A stretch of 64,000 nt of DNA from Octopus vulgaris (GCA_951406725.2 OX597816.1:172794001-172858000), one strand, 5' to 3'; positions 43,179-57,488 are shown, counted from the stretch's first letter. Notes: generated by a model not told the origin, from the sequence alone. A program made the numbers and translations.

Positions 43179-44214
43179 TCATACACGCACACACGTATTC
43201 AAATATGAGTTAAAAGCAGCTTGAGGGATATAAACATCGAACACACATACATAAGGTATGTGTTTTGTGTGTGTGTGAGGACGCAGGTATGACCCGTTGA
43301 ACAAGAAGTTCATTTCGCAATGATGGAGTCCTGTGTTCGTGCCTACCTTTTGTTATCTTGGGAATTTTTTTTTTTTTACCATAATCTCAGATCGGTTCAA
43401 ACTTTGGCATTGAAATATAGTAGATGGAAAATGTGTGGAAGTGTATCTAGCAGATTGTACTCGTCATTCAAAGGGCTTGCCTTGCCGTACTGGGTTGGCC
43501 TGAGAATTTCGTTCCTCAAGTGTGCAAGTATCTGCGGAACACTCAGCCACTGGCACGCTGATTTAACCAGTTAGCGACATTTTGGAGATCAAGCAGCTAA
43601 ATACTATTCATAGAAACATACTGGAGATCTGTGCTATATCGGTGCTAAAGCTCAGCTTCCCCGTATCACCCCCACCTCACACACGGTATGATAAATGGCC
43701 AAAGCTAAATGGGGGATTTGATGGCTGTTACTTAGGTAACTGCGACAACAGGAAAACACTGCAACTGCACGAAATTTTAGAAAACTTCTCAATAACAACC
43801 ACTATATTATAACCCCGAGCAAAAGAAAAAGTATCAACATGGTTGATCCATCTATTAGAATGATAGCTAAGTCTCCCTATGTTTTGATTAAGAAGGGAAT
43901 GCGATAGTTACTGTAGTTCTACAAACACCTTAAAATACGGGATGATCGCTGATACAGGGTTAAATAATAACAGTAACTATAAGAACCAATGACAGAGTCT
44001 CTACGTGGTAAGCTCTTACCTGCTAGTAATGGCAGCTGGATCTCTCTCTTAAGTAACACTATAGTTTTAAAGGAAAGGATATATTGGACAATGAAGACAA
44101 TTTTATAAAAAGATGACCGGAACTTCTATTCATCATAATTCTGTGTAATCAGGAAATATTTGTATCTAGAGAACAACAACAGCAGCAACAACAAAAATAT
44201 CCTTTCTTTCTTTC

Positions 44215-44620
44215 TTTTCTTTTACTTGTTTCAGTCATTTGACTGCGGCCATGCTGGAGCACCGCCTTTAATCGGGCAACTCGACCCCGGGACTTATTCT
44301 TTTGTAAGCCCAGTACTTATTCTATCGGTCTCTTTTGCCGAACCGCTAGGTAACGGGGACATAAACATACCAGCATCGGTTGTCAAGCAATGCTAGGGGG
44401 ACAAACACAGACATACAAACACACACACGCATATATATACATATATATACATATATACGACGGGCTTCTTTCAGTTTCCGTCTACCAAATCCACTCACAA
44501 GGCTTTGGTCGGCCCGAGGTTATAGTAGAAGACACTTGCCCAAGGTGCCACGCAGTGGGACTGAACCCGGAACCATGTGGTTGGTAAACAAGCTACTTAC
44601 TACACAGCCACTCCTGCGCC
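44215..44620 (-). mobile_element. SINE family A, full length
   Basis: Reverse complement of the family-A sequence. Confidence 0.9.
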
Positions 44621-45127
44621 TATGCGCCTTATTAACAAAAAAAGAAAAAACCCAAACCAATAACAATCACAAAGAAACACATAAGCACAAAAGTCTACAA
44701 CAATCACTACAAGCACAACAACAATATCACCATGTACCACTGTAATAAGAATTACACCACCACCAAAACCACCACCACCACCACCACCACAAACAACAAC
44801 GCCGACAACGTCAAGTTACATCCCCTGAATTACGAACTTTTTTCAAACGTTTGATTGACGCCGATTTCTTCTCTCCTTGCTCGTCTCTCTCTTCAAAACA
44901 GGAAGGTTAGTGAGGGCACAGCCCGCCTTTTTAGGGTTGTCAGAATCAAACCGTAGATTCATTTCCTCTCTCATCCCTACTGCTTTCTTTCTCTCTCTCT
45001 TTCTTTCTTTGTATGCATGTATTTGTGCGTGTAGAGAGAACGTCTTTCATACACACAAACACACATACACGAACATATACACATATTTTTACATACTTAC
45101 ACTCCGTTATAAATATATATGCATATA

Positions 45128-45530
45128 GGCGCAGGAGTGGCTGTGTGGTAAGTAGCTTGTTTACCAACCACATGGTTCCGGGTTCAGTCCCACTGCGTGG
45201 CACCTTGGGCAAGTGTCTTCTGCTATAGCCCCGGGCCGACCAAAGCCTTGTGAGTGGATTTGGTAGACGGAAACTGAAAGAAGCCTGTCGTATATATGTA
45301 TATATATATGTGAGTGTGTGTGTAAGTTTGTGTGTCTGTGTTTGTCCCCCTAGCATTGCTTGACAACCGATGCTGGTGTGTTAACGTCCCCGTCACTTAG
45401 CGGTTCGGCAAAAGAGACCGATAGAATAAGTACTGGGCTTACAAAGAATAAGTCCCGGGGTCGATTTGCTCGACTAAAGGCGGTGCTCCAGCATGGCCAC
45501 AGTCAAATAACTGAAACAAGTAAAAGAGTA
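45128..45530 (+). mobile_element. SINE family A, full length
   Basis: Complete head to tail. Confidence 0.9.
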
Positions 45531-46159
45531 TATATGCAAAATTACTCTTATGAATTGCATATACATACATGAGTGTTCGGATACACACATACCTTTTTAT
45601 ACACATTTAGGACAATACATTAACACGCACCCACACGTGTGCCCACGCAACCACCTCACTTCCTTCTCCTCTTTCTCCGTCTCTCTTCACTTCTCTCTTT
45701 CACACACATACATACTATCTTACGTTGATACAGATAATCAAATGTACACACATACTCTCTCACACACGCACACACACACATACATACACTTGCATACCCA
45801 GACGTGAGAAAGAAACGAAGAAACGTGTGTATGGAAGATAGGTATGGATGAGGGTCAATGTGGGGTGGTAGGACGAATGGGAAAGTTTGTTATACGATTT
45901 GTAATATAATGTGGGGATGTGACATCGTCAAGTTCCTAGAGTTTTATGTATACATCCCACCCAGGTAGTTCACGAGAAGAACGTATAGGGCAAACAATAT
46001 TACTATAATGCATACAAACAGATATCAATACATACACTTTACAAATGCAGTTAAATTATCCACGACTTTAAGTTAAACATGTAACATTTTATTAACGAAA
46101 TTCTAGTGATAGAGCTTTCTTTATGAAAAACCAGTAGAAACTTTGGGAAAAACAAAATA

Positions 46160-46945
46160 TTGTGAATAACGGTGGTAATGAAACTGAAGCCAATGATGGT
46201 GACAGTGTTACACCCGGTAGGCTCAGAGATTTTGGTCCGGCTCCAGCCTGTCGATATCTAAAAAGGGACCACCACACACGGCGTAGGCGGAGCAAGCAAA
46301 TTAATGCTGTGGTCATGGAGTGTTACTACCTGAGCAGCCCGATAGATGAAAATGGTGCTCAGATTTGAGGTTACCGACAACGTATGTATGATCATTGGAG
46401 AGAAAAGGGATTGTTTCAACTCACGAACGGAGACTATGTGATCAAGCTAGAGGAATAAGAAAAAATTGTCGGTTCACAGAAGTAGAGGTCGAAGCTATCA
46501 AAAGACAGGTCATGGAAAATAGCAGCAGAGATAACAATGAAAATGCAGTTCTTACTAATAAGAGCATTCCCATAACACAGGAAAGGAGCAGTGGTAGTTT
46601 ACTTGATGAAAGACATATAGATGATCTAAAAGAAGACAATAAAATTTATGGTGACATGACTGATGAACAAAAGGCAATCTACGACAGAATAAAGGCAAGA
46701 TTACAGGAGAACGATAGCGACATTATTTGCAAACTTAAAAAGGTTAATCGATGAAAATTGAACCAAGAAACGAAAAATGTCTATGAAATTCTGAAATATA
46801 TCAGAACAAAAAACATTACAGAAACATAATTTGATCAAGGCAGCAAGTATTGTGGTAGCAGAAAACATGAGTGTTGATGTCAAGAAAAAGAAACATAATG
46901 GGAGTAACAAAAGAAAAGAACACTGGTGGAAAAGAATAATCCAGG
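46160..46945 (+). mobile_element. R4/Dong-clade retrotransposon ORF N-terminal fragment
   Basis: NAVVMECYYLSSP...GYRQRMYDHWREKG...RLCDQARGIRKN..FTEVEVEAI...HWWKRII across stops and frameshifts. Confidence 0.72.
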
Positions 46946-46949
46946 CAGG

Positions 46950-47640
46950 GTTAGAGATGCTCTCGAAGGAAATCTCTGTGTCAGACCGAAAAGAGTAAGT
47001 ACGGTGTCGGAATAAGAATTATTGACCTCTATATCTGACCCCAAGAAAACGAGCATTGGAGTATCTACACGCTGTACCTTAAAGAACAGCTGCAAAAGAG
47101 GTAAGCCATATTCATTGTGCAACAACATTAGTGAAGTGAATTCCATCAGAAATCATAACAGAAATTTTATGATTTATACAGAAGGTGGAACATGTAAAGA
47201 CTCCCATTTGGTGTACGCTGCAGAATGCACGAAACACAACTTAATTTATGTTGGTTGTACAACAGAACAATTAAACAAAAGGTTTAATGGGCACAGATTC
47301 GACGTCAGGCACAATAACAGTAGTTTGACAAAACTTGCTGAACATTTCGTTTCAAGCGGCTGCAATTTTGAAGAAGACTTGAAAGTGCATATTCTCAGAA
47401 AATATTCTGAATCTGCTTCACTTTCATTTCTCAAAATGTATGAGGAGGAATATGTTTACAGGTTATTAACATCACGCCTGGATGAATGAATAAAATGACA
47501 GGAGAATACCATCAAATTTATAAAAAAACTGTTTGATTAAATATTCTTTCTCTCTTTTTCTTTCCTTTTTTCTGCCTTTTTCTTTTTTCTGTTTTTTTTT
47601 TCGCCTACTTTAAAATTGTAACTTAAAATCTGATGATGTC
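46950..47640 (+). mobile_element. Penelope-like GIY-YIG endonuclease fragment and 3' flank
   Basis: TCKDSHLVYAAECTKHNLIYVGCTTEQLNKRFNGHR...LAEHF...E..Y.YRL. Confidence 0.8.
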
Positions 47641-47974
47641 ATTCCATCAACGTGTGGACGCTGGTTGCTCTCGTTCATACTTTACGTTTGAATTTCTATA
47701 ATTTTGAATTTTTATCACTTCTTAATTTTGAACTCGACAAAGACTGGCGTACTGTTGAAATATCGTTCTACTAATAAAATATCTTACAATCGAATCGCGC
47801 TCTTCGTCATGACTGTTTAATAATAAAAAAGACAAGAAAAACAACCTTAGGACGTGGTACATGCAAAGTATTAGTAAAACGCTCAGAGAAGGAAAGAAAG
47901 GGTGTATACATATGTGTGTATGTGTGTCTGTGTGTCTGTGTGTGGTATGCATATATCTACACATAGACGTATAT

Positions 47975-48382
47975 GTAGGAGTGACTGTGTGGTAAGTAGC
48001 TTGTCTACCAACAACATGGTTCCGGGTTCAGTCTCACTACGTGGCACCTTGGGCAAGTGTCTTCTACTATAGCCTCGGGCCGACCAAAGCCTTGTGAGTG
48101 GATTTGGTAGACGGAAACTGAAAGAAGCCCGTCGTATATATGTATATATATATATATGCGTGTGTGTGTTTGTATATCTGTGTTTGTCCCCCTAGCATTG
48201 TTTGACAACCGATGCTGGTGTGTTTATGTCCCCGTTACTTAGCGGTTCGGCAAAAGAGACCGATAGAATAAGTACTGGGCTTACAAAAGAATAAGTCCCG
48301 GGGTCGAGTTGCTCGACTAAAGGCGATGCTCCAGCATGGCCGCAGTCAAATGACTGAAACAAGTAAAAGAGAGTAAAAGAGT
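47975..48382 (+). mobile_element. SINE family A
   Basis: Complete body and tail. Confidence 0.88.
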
Positions 48383-48483
48383 ATATATATATATATATAT
48401 ATAATAATAAATATTAGGGAATAAATCCAAATTTACAGGGAAAAAATCAGATTTAGGATTAAATCCAATTTTATAGTAAAATA

Positions 48484-48866
48484 CTAGCAGTATCGCCCGG
48501 CGTTGCTCAGGTTTGTAAGGGAAATAACTATAAAGCATTTTTAGAGAGTTATAGCCAAAAAATAGCAAAAAAATGGAAAAAAAATGATGGTAAATTTTTT
48601 TGAGAGTTAAAAAAGGTGGAGTTGCGTCCCCTAGACGGTCTGTGGTTTGGGTTTCTGATTCTCGACCCCATGTCGAATTTATCGATTTTTTTCAGAACTG
48701 GGGGAACTTTTCAAAATGTTCGCTGCGTTAGTTTTGAATTATGACATTGGGCTATGTGTGTGTCAAGTTTCATCAGAATCGGTTGAAAGCCGTGGTCAGA
48801 GTGAGGGTACAAGCAAACAGACACACAGAAAACGCACAGACAAACTGCCGTTTATATAGAGAGAGA
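48484..48866 (-). mobile_element. Non-autonomous Helitron (383 bp), same family as 27888-28271
   Basis: a|ctagcagtatcgcccggcgttgctcagg ... tttatatagagagaga|t. Confidence 0.88.
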
Positions 48867-48867
48867 T

Positions 48868-49096
48868 TATATAATATTAATTAGAGACAAAACCACTATT
48901 TTGCAAAACAAACAAGAAAATACTTTTTTAAAACTTTTTTTTACTTTTTTTACTTTTTTTTTACTTTTTTTTACTTTTTTTAACTTTTTTAAACTTTTTT
49001 TACTTTTTTTTACTTTTTTTTTACTTTTTATTAAAATTTTATGTATTGATTAAGTCTTTCCTTGTTTGTTTTGCAAAATAGTGGTTTTGTCTCTAA

Positions 49097-49109
<13 letters not shown>
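48868..49109. repeat. Perfect 49-bp inverted repeat around a (TnAC)n spacer
   Basis: tatataatattaattagagacaaaaccactattttgcaaaacaaacaag (48868-48916) and its exact reverse complement (49061-49109). Confidence 0.92.
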
Positions 49110-49140
<31 letters not shown>

Positions 49141-49755
49141 GCATGAATGTGCCTCTGTGTGTTTGCATATGTCTGACTTCGTCTTTACGTTGATATCGCT
49201 TTAAAAAATCTGTCTGTCTTATAACTAGTGGTTCGACAAGTAAAGAGTGATAACCACTGCAAGGATAATTACGCCAATATGATCAATTAAAACCCTTCAA
49301 GGCGGTGTCCCAGTATGGCCACCTTATATATTTGGCTTATTAACCAGCAATTTACTAGCTACATCCTGTTCCCCGCTCGGAAGAGCGCATCTGTCTATGT
49401 GAAATGTAATTGTACAATTCAAAGGCTTAAAGATCCGTCATATCAATAGCATTATTGTTGTCATTTTTCCACAGTTTAAACGATTAATTTATAGTTGTGT
49501 TTGTTGTGTTTGTGGTTTTGTGAATCTAACGAAGACAAAGGCACGGCACAGAAATTTACTTCAATCTCCGCCCCTCACACAATGTCTTGAACTCCAATGT
49601 TTATGGTTAACCCTTTCCCACTGAAAAACTGAAAAGGGATCACTCACGGAACACTCCTTTGGTGACCGATGGCAAAATTTTAGCTACCAGTTCTAAACTG
49701 CTGTCTGCCTCTGCGTATCTTCTCAAACCTACACCCTTCTATACACGCCGTTCCT

Positions 49756-49993
49756 CTGTGTGTGTGTGTGTGTGTGTGTGAGTGTGTGTGTGTGAGTGTG
49801 TCTGTGTGTGTGTGTCTGTGTGTGTGTGTCTGTGTGTGTGTGCATGTGTGTGTGTGTGTGTGTGTGTGAGTGTGTGTGTGTCTGTGTGTGTGTGTCTGTG
49901 TGTGTGTGTCTGTGTGTGTGCATGTGTGTGTGTGTGTGTGTGAGTGTGTGTGTGTCTGTATGTGTGTGTCTGTATGTGTGTGTCTGTGTGTGT

Positions 49994-50076
<83 letters not shown>

Positions 50077-50210
50077 TGTGTGTGTGTGTGTCTGTGTGTG
50101 TGTGTCTGTGTGTGTGTGTGCATGTGTGTGTGTGTGTGTGTGAGTGTGTGTGTGTCTGTATGTGTGTGTCTGTGTGTGTGTGTATGTGTGTGTGTGCATG
50201 TGTGTGTGTG
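49756..50210. repeat. Interrupted (TG)n microsatellite
   Basis: TG run with recurrent TC/TA/CA/AG interruptions. Confidence 0.95.
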
Positions 50211-50537
50211 TTTGACTCATACAATGTCATTTTCTTCCATCTTATTCCATCATATTTCCCCTTCTTAACCTCATCCTCCGACAGCAACGTCAACGACAAT
50301 GATGACGATGACATGAATTTTCCATCCATCTGTTTTCAGATTCTTCTTTTTCTGTCGGTCTCTTTGACCAAATGGTGTCCAGATTTCGTCACCGCCTTGC
50401 TTCCTCCCCCTAAAATTTTTCTTCTATCATTTCTTTCGCATCATCTAATTCCTCCTCCTCCTCCATTTCATCATCATCATCATTACTATTACCATCATCA
50501 TTGTCATTTTCGTCGTTCTTTCATTCTTCTTCGGTAT

Positions 50538-50569
<32 letters not shown>

Positions 50570-50627
50570 GCTACTACTACTACTACTGCTACTACTACTA
50601 CTACTACTGCTACTACAACTGCTACTG

Positions 50628-50658
<31 letters not shown>

Positions 50659-50707
50659 CACCACCACCACTACTACAACTACTACTAGTACTGCTACTAC
50701 TACTACA

Positions 50708-50793
<86 letters not shown>

Positions 50794-50814
50794 CACCACC
50801 ACCACTACTACTGC

Positions 50815-50850
<36 letters not shown>

Positions 50851-50872
50851 CACCACCACCACCACCACCACC

Positions 50873-50919
<47 letters not shown>

Positions 50920-50923
50920 CACC

Positions 50924-50979
<56 letters not shown>

Positions 50980-51001
50980 CACCACTACTACTACTACCAC
51001 C

Positions 51002-51054
<53 letters not shown>

Positions 51055-51068
51055 CACCGCCACCACCC
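50538..51068. repeat. Compound (CTA)n/(CCA)n trinucleotide array
   Basis: ~530 bp of alternating CTA and CCA blocks. Confidence 0.95.
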
Positions 51069-51569
51069 ATAATCACTCATTTGTTTTTGCATATTTTGTA
51101 ACTTTTCTTCCCGTTCTTCTCCCTCATCACCTCTTCTTCTGTTTGTTCCTGCTTTATAGGTTTTCGTATTCGTAAATAATAATTAGTTGAATTGTGCTGC
51201 CCCTTAATCTAATATACAGGTTTCCCTTTTGTTGTCTTTTTAGATGGTAAAATAGGTTGAGCGATGAATAAGACTTTGCGTTATGCAGTCACGCCCCACC
51301 TAATGAGCAGCATATTAATGCTACGGCTGTCAATCGTATAAGAGTGTCAATAAAATAGAGTACCAGTCAAACAACTTACTACGACCCTCTTTGCTTCCTC
51401 CCAAGTTTCTGGTATGGCAGCCATGTTAGAAACAATTTTGGGCGAGAGATTGACAGAATCGCTAGACCGTTGAACAAAATGCTTCGCAGTATTTCATTGT
51501 GCCATTCTGCGTTCTGAGTTCAAATACTGTTCAGGTTAACCTTACCTTTCCTTCAACTGTAGTTACAAA

Positions 51570-52061
51570 CTAGCAGTATCACCCGGCGTTGCTCGGGTTT
51601 GTAAGGGAAATAACTATATAAGCATTTTTACAGAGTTACTTCCTTTATAGATGCCAATTCGGGCCTTCTTAGCCATTTCTGGTTTGGTGTCTTCAAGCCA
51701 TGAAGTCGTTGTTCTAAAAGAACGCTGGTCTCCTTGACAACGCATTACGACGTTGATTTCCTTAAACTCCCTTCCCCACAGCTTCACGAGGGAGGGAAGA
51801 AGGGGGAGAAGTAAACAGGTGCAGGTGTGACCATGGACGCCAACTCCGCCGCCATCGACACACGAAAAATTATGCATTAAAATGGAATAAAAAATGATGT
51901 TAAATTATTTTTAAAATCGTAGACTCATCGTAGACGCGCGCTAATACTCAGACTATAAGATACCCGAATTTGGTTAAACTGCACCGCAAAATGTGGGAGG
52001 AGTTAGGAATCTAAATCGAAGGGGGCAGACACTCACACAACTACAGTTTTATATATATAGA
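51570..52061 (-). mobile_element. Non-autonomous Helitron (492 bp) nested in an old family-B SINE
   Basis: Same 3' terminus (a|ctagcagtatcacccggcgttgctcggg) as the 384-bp family but a different body. Minus-strand start TCtatatatataaaactg. SINE-B sequence continues on both sides. Confidence 0.85.
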
Positions 52062-52358
52062 TGTAAAATACCAGAGAAGTATTGGGGGTCGATTGCATCG
52101 TTTATCTCAGACTTTGCGTGTCTGTTCTATTCCTTTATCATTTACTTGATTCAGTCGTTAAGCTGCCGCCATTCTGGGGCATCGATTTAAGAATTTTAAG
52201 CTGAAAGTATCGACCTCAGAACTTATAAATTTTTTTAAAGCCTGGTACTTATTCTATCGGTTTTTTTCGCCGAACCGCTAAGTTACGGGGACGCAAACAC
52301 ACCAACACTAGTTGTCAGGCAGTGGAAGTGGAACAAACACAGACAGAAAGACACCCAC

Positions 52359-52389
<31 letters not shown>

Positions 52390-53061
52390 TATACAGAGAG
52401 AGAGAGAGAGAGAGAAAAGCCTTCTTTCAGTTTCCGTCTGCCAAATCTACTGATAAGACAAATCCATTCGGGTCAAGACTATATTAGAAAAACATTTGCC
52501 CTAAGTTTTACGTAGGCCCTGAACCATGTGGCTGGTAAGCAAGCTTCTTATTGCACATCCATGCCTAGAAACAATTACTTTTATTATTATATAGGGAAGA
52601 TCCGATCTTTACGTTCTGAGTTCAAATCCCGCCAAAGTCGACGAAGTCTTTTATCATCTCGGAGACGATAAAATAAGTACCAATTGAGAACTGGCTTTCA
52701 TTGTAACCACTAGCCTCCTACCGCAGAAATTTCAGGCCTTGTTAATTTGTGGTTCCCGAAATTAAGGTCATGAGTTCAATTTCCCGCGATGCGTTGTATC
52801 CTTGAGCAAGACACTTTGTTTCACGTTGCTCCAGTCCACTCAACTGGCAAAAATGAGTAGTACCTGTATTTCAAAGAGCCAGTCTTGTCACATTCTGTGC
52901 CATGCTGAATCTTCCTGAGAACTACGTTAAGGGGACACGTGTCTGTGGAGTGCTCAGCCAGCAGGCTATTCCATTGATCCAATCAACGGAACCCTCGTCG
53001 TCATAACCGACAGTGTGCCAGTTAGAACTCCAGGTAATACTTAACTTTGTCACAAATCTAA

Positions 53062-53470
53062 CGCAGGAGTGGCTGTGTGGTAAGTAACTTGCTAACCAAC
53101 CACATGGTTCCTGGTTCAGTCCCACTGCGTGGCATCTTGAGCAAGTGTCTACTGCTATAGCCCCGGGACGACCAATGCCTTGTGAGTGGATTTGGTAGAC
53201 GGAAACTGAAAGAAGCCTGTCGTATATATGTATATATATATATGTGTGTGTGTATGTGTTTGTGTGTCTGTGTTTGTCCCCCTAGCATGGCTTGACAACC
53301 GATGCTGGTGTGTTTACATCCCTGTCACTTAGCGGTTCGGCAAAAGAGACCGATAGAATAAGTACTGGGCTTACAAAGAATAAGTCCCGGGGTTGATTTG
53401 CTCGACTAAAGGCGGTGCTCCAGCATGGCCGCAGTCAAATGACTGAAACAAGTAAAAGAGTAAAGAGTAA
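53062..53470 (+). mobile_element. SINE family A abutting the last splice acceptor
   Basis: Full-length copy whose tail ends at the start of the polypyrimidine tract. Confidence 0.9.
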
Positions 53471-53534
53471 TAACTTTCTTTCTTCTTTCTTTCCTTCTGT
53501 CTCACCTTTTTATTTCTGTTTCTCTTCTTCACAG

Positions 53535-53713
53535 GTGAGAAGCCACACAAGTGCTTGGTTTGCGGCAAAGCTTTCAGTCAGTCGTCCAACTTAATCACTC
53601 ACAGTCGGAAACACACGGGTTACAAACCGTTTTCCTGTGAGCGGTGTGGACGATCGTTCCAGCGAAAGGTAGATCTACGACGTCATATTGACACTAACCA
53701 TCACCTACACTGA
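53535..53713 (+). CDS. sens: Senseless/Gfi1-family terminal coding exon (last two zinc fingers and stop)
   Basis: A long polypyrimidine tract and ttcacag| acceptor at 53534 give a phase-1 join that restores the TG|EKP linker. It translates [59 protein letters not shown], matching Gfi1 ZF5-ZF6. TGA at 53711-53713. Confidence 0.95.
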
Positions 53714-54027
53714 GATAACGTATTGGAACTTTCAAATTGACTGAATATCTTGTGGCTGTGGTAGCGTGTCATTCGGATATACAAAAACGCATGCACTCAA
53801 ATTTATATACTTACATACATACATGCATACAATCACACACACACACACACATACATACATACATATATACATACATGCATGCATGTGTACATACATGCAT
53901 TCATACATACATGCATACGTACGTACATGCATACATACATGCATACATACATACATACATACATACGTATAGAAATATGTGCTTGTATATGTATCTATGT
54001 ATATCTATATATATATATGTCTATATA

Positions 54028-54122
<95 letters not shown>

Positions 54123-55158
54123 GTATATATATGTATATATATATATACATACAAACATACATACATATATACATACATACATACATACATACATACATAC
54201 ATACATACATACATACATACATACATACATACATACACCTACATACGTGCATACGTGCATATATATATTCGTAGATACATACGTACGCCCACACATACAC
54301 ATAATCAACAATCATCATTCGATGAAGCAAATGATTAATGTTTACGAATAAATCAAACAAAAGCTTTGCAGACCAAACAGTAATCCACAAGCAAAACATT
54401 TACCAAAAATACCAAGCAACCTACAGACGAAGGAACCCAACCCAGTCGTTAAACTGGTTTATTAGCGACATTGGAACAAGACGCTTGATTTTCTTGCTAG
54501 CCACTTCTACTGGCAATATCAACCTGTATATTTTTCCTATCAAAACTTTTTAAGTGTTCAAATCTCAGTATGTTAGAATCTTATACCGCAAGAGTCCCAG
54601 TTGGTACGAATTCTATATCTTGTGTTGACTAAAACGTTGTAAGAATCACAATGTTTTATGAAACAATACCGGATTGTTAAAGACACATTAGCTATGAAAT
54701 CCAAATTCTCTGAGTTCCAATTCACAGAGCTAAGGCCTGAATCTGTCGAGAACTTCACAGTTTCAGAACAAATATCTCACATAATTTTATAATGATCCAT
54801 TTTATGAACCTCGACCAGCTAGAAATAGTAATCTTATCTCACTCACGAACCGCAGCCTACCGTCTTAATCAAAAACATACACCTTATATACAAAATGGCA
54901 AGGTGGTCACGGCTGTAACGCCTTTGATCGTAGTCTGCTTCATCAGAAATAATTTGGCGCTGGTTAAAAAAAACAAACATACTTTTAGGAAGTATTTCGC
55001 TAAAGGTGAAATCTTTCTCTCCAACACAACATTATTTCAAACATACACGAGGTCTCGTGAAATATTAGATATAGATTATATTCAAAATATTTAAGGTTAA
55101 CTGCCACGAGATAAATTATACGAAAAAATATATTTCCCAAATTAGTGCTTATAATGTC

Positions 55159-55230
<72 letters not shown>

Positions 55231-55330
55231 ATAGACAGGTATATATGCATATAAATTAAATATATATATATACATACACACACACATATATAATGTACAT
55301 GAGTTGAGATATACATACATACATACATGC

Positions 55331-55396
<66 letters not shown>

Positions 55397-55454
55397 ATGT
55401 ATATGTATATGTATGTATGTATATACATATATATCCAAAGACATATATATATGC

Positions 55455-55498
<44 letters not shown>

Positions 55499-55604
55499 TC
55501 ACACAGATTTATATTTACATACATTTATATACATGTATTACTAGTTTAACAGCCTGTAACTGACAGGATTTCCGCAAGTAAAACCGTAATTTTTGCCAAC
55601 AGGA

Positions 55605-55648
<44 letters not shown>

Positions 55649-55686
55649 TGTGTGTGTGTATGTATGTATGTATGTATGTATGTATG

Positions 55687-55717
<31 letters not shown>

Positions 55718-56257
55718 GTATGTATGTATGTATGTATGTATGTATGTATGTATGTATGTATGTATGTATGTATGTACGTATACAAATATGCATTGAACAA
55801 TTCCATTTAAATTTTGTTTCATTCTGCGCATATTTAAAAAATCAAAAAAAATCATGCAGAATATAAAATCTGCTTATAAGAATCGATTTTATTTGTGTTT
55901 AACTTTAAAATGTCTTTAAAATATTTTGATTTTTTTTTTTTTTTAATTTTAAAACGGGTTTTGTAAACATAGTTCAAAATTTTCTGATATTAGGGAAAAT
56001 GATAACTTTTCCTCTACCACACCTAATTTTAATATTAAGTAGCTAATTGATAACAATTGTATGAGAAAAAAAAAAGGAATATTTACCGCTCTTGTATCTA
56101 GAGAGAGGGAAACAATGTTTATTAACATACAAATTAAACAGTTTATAATTACAGATTTAACCAATCGGCAATTTGGTCAATTACTATCAACCAGCTTATG
56201 AAATGAACTCAGCGCTCATGTGTGTGCATATATATACTCATATACATATAATATATA

Positions 56258-56330
<73 letters not shown>

Positions 56331-56482
56331 ACGTGTATGTGTATGTATATATATATGAGCATATAATATATATATATATGAATGTGTGTGTGTGTATGTA
56401 TGTATGTATGTATGTATGTATGTATGTATGTATGTATGTATGTATGTGTAGGTTGTTAGGAATAGTGTACAGATATTGTATT

Positions 56483-56912
56483 TTGAGAAAAAAGGAGGTC
56501 ACCAGAATTTTGGAAAAAATTATATTTATTCATTCTTCAAACTTCTCAAATAAAATTTTGTGAATGTGCAAACAAGTTGTTCATTTATATAAAACAGATT
56601 TTTTTGTCTTGTTTAGAAGAGGAGAATATTGTTTTTCCCTACCTATCTATCTCCAGGACAATGAGGAAAGATATGCTGAGAGATACCAATCTATCTATCT
56701 AGCATTACTCTCGAACCTCACTAACAAAAAACATAAAAACAATGTTCTCCTCTAAACAAAGTAAAAAAAAAAACATCTGTTTTATATATATTAACAACCT
56801 CTTTGCGCATTCACAAAATTTTATTTGACAAGTTCGAAAAACGAACAAAAGCGATTATAATGAGTAAGTAAAAATTTTTTTCAAAAATTCTGGAAGCCTT
56901 CTTTTTTCTCAA
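56483..56912. repeat. Diverged inverted repeat (~155-175-bp arms)
   Basis: ttgagaaaaaagg..ccagaattttg..tcaaataaaattttgtgaatg..aaaacagat..tgtttaga versus reverse complement at 56735-56912. Confidence 0.8.
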
Positions 56913-56924
56913 TGTGTGTATATG

Positions 56925-56967
<43 letters not shown>

Positions 56968-56980
56968 GAACATATACATG

Positions 56981-57020
<40 letters not shown>

Positions 57021-57100
57021 GATAGATAGATAGATACATAGATAGATAGACAGATAGATTAATAGATATACATACATATATGTATATATATATATATATA

Positions 57101-57156
<56 letters not shown>

Positions 57157-57390
57157 TATGCGTGTATGTATGTGTCTATGCCTTTGTGTGTCTGTGTTTG
57201 CTCCTCCCCACCAGCGCTTTGACAACCGATGTTGGTTTGTTTACGTGCCAGTAACATAGCGGTTCGGCTTAAGAGACCGATGGAAGAAGTACTTGGCTTT
57301 CAAAGAATAAGTCCTGGGGTCGATTTGTTCGACTAAAGGCGGCGCTGCACCACGGCCGTAGTCAAATGACTGAAACAAGTAAAAGAGTAT

Positions 57391-57487
<97 letters not shown>

Positions 57488-57488
<1 letters not shown>

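Noticed and set aside
49944-51175. 385-aa and 224-aa ORFs (poly-L/P or mucin-like poly-T)
   Set aside because: Derived almost entirely from TG and CTA/CCA arrays that are open in several frames, inside an intron.
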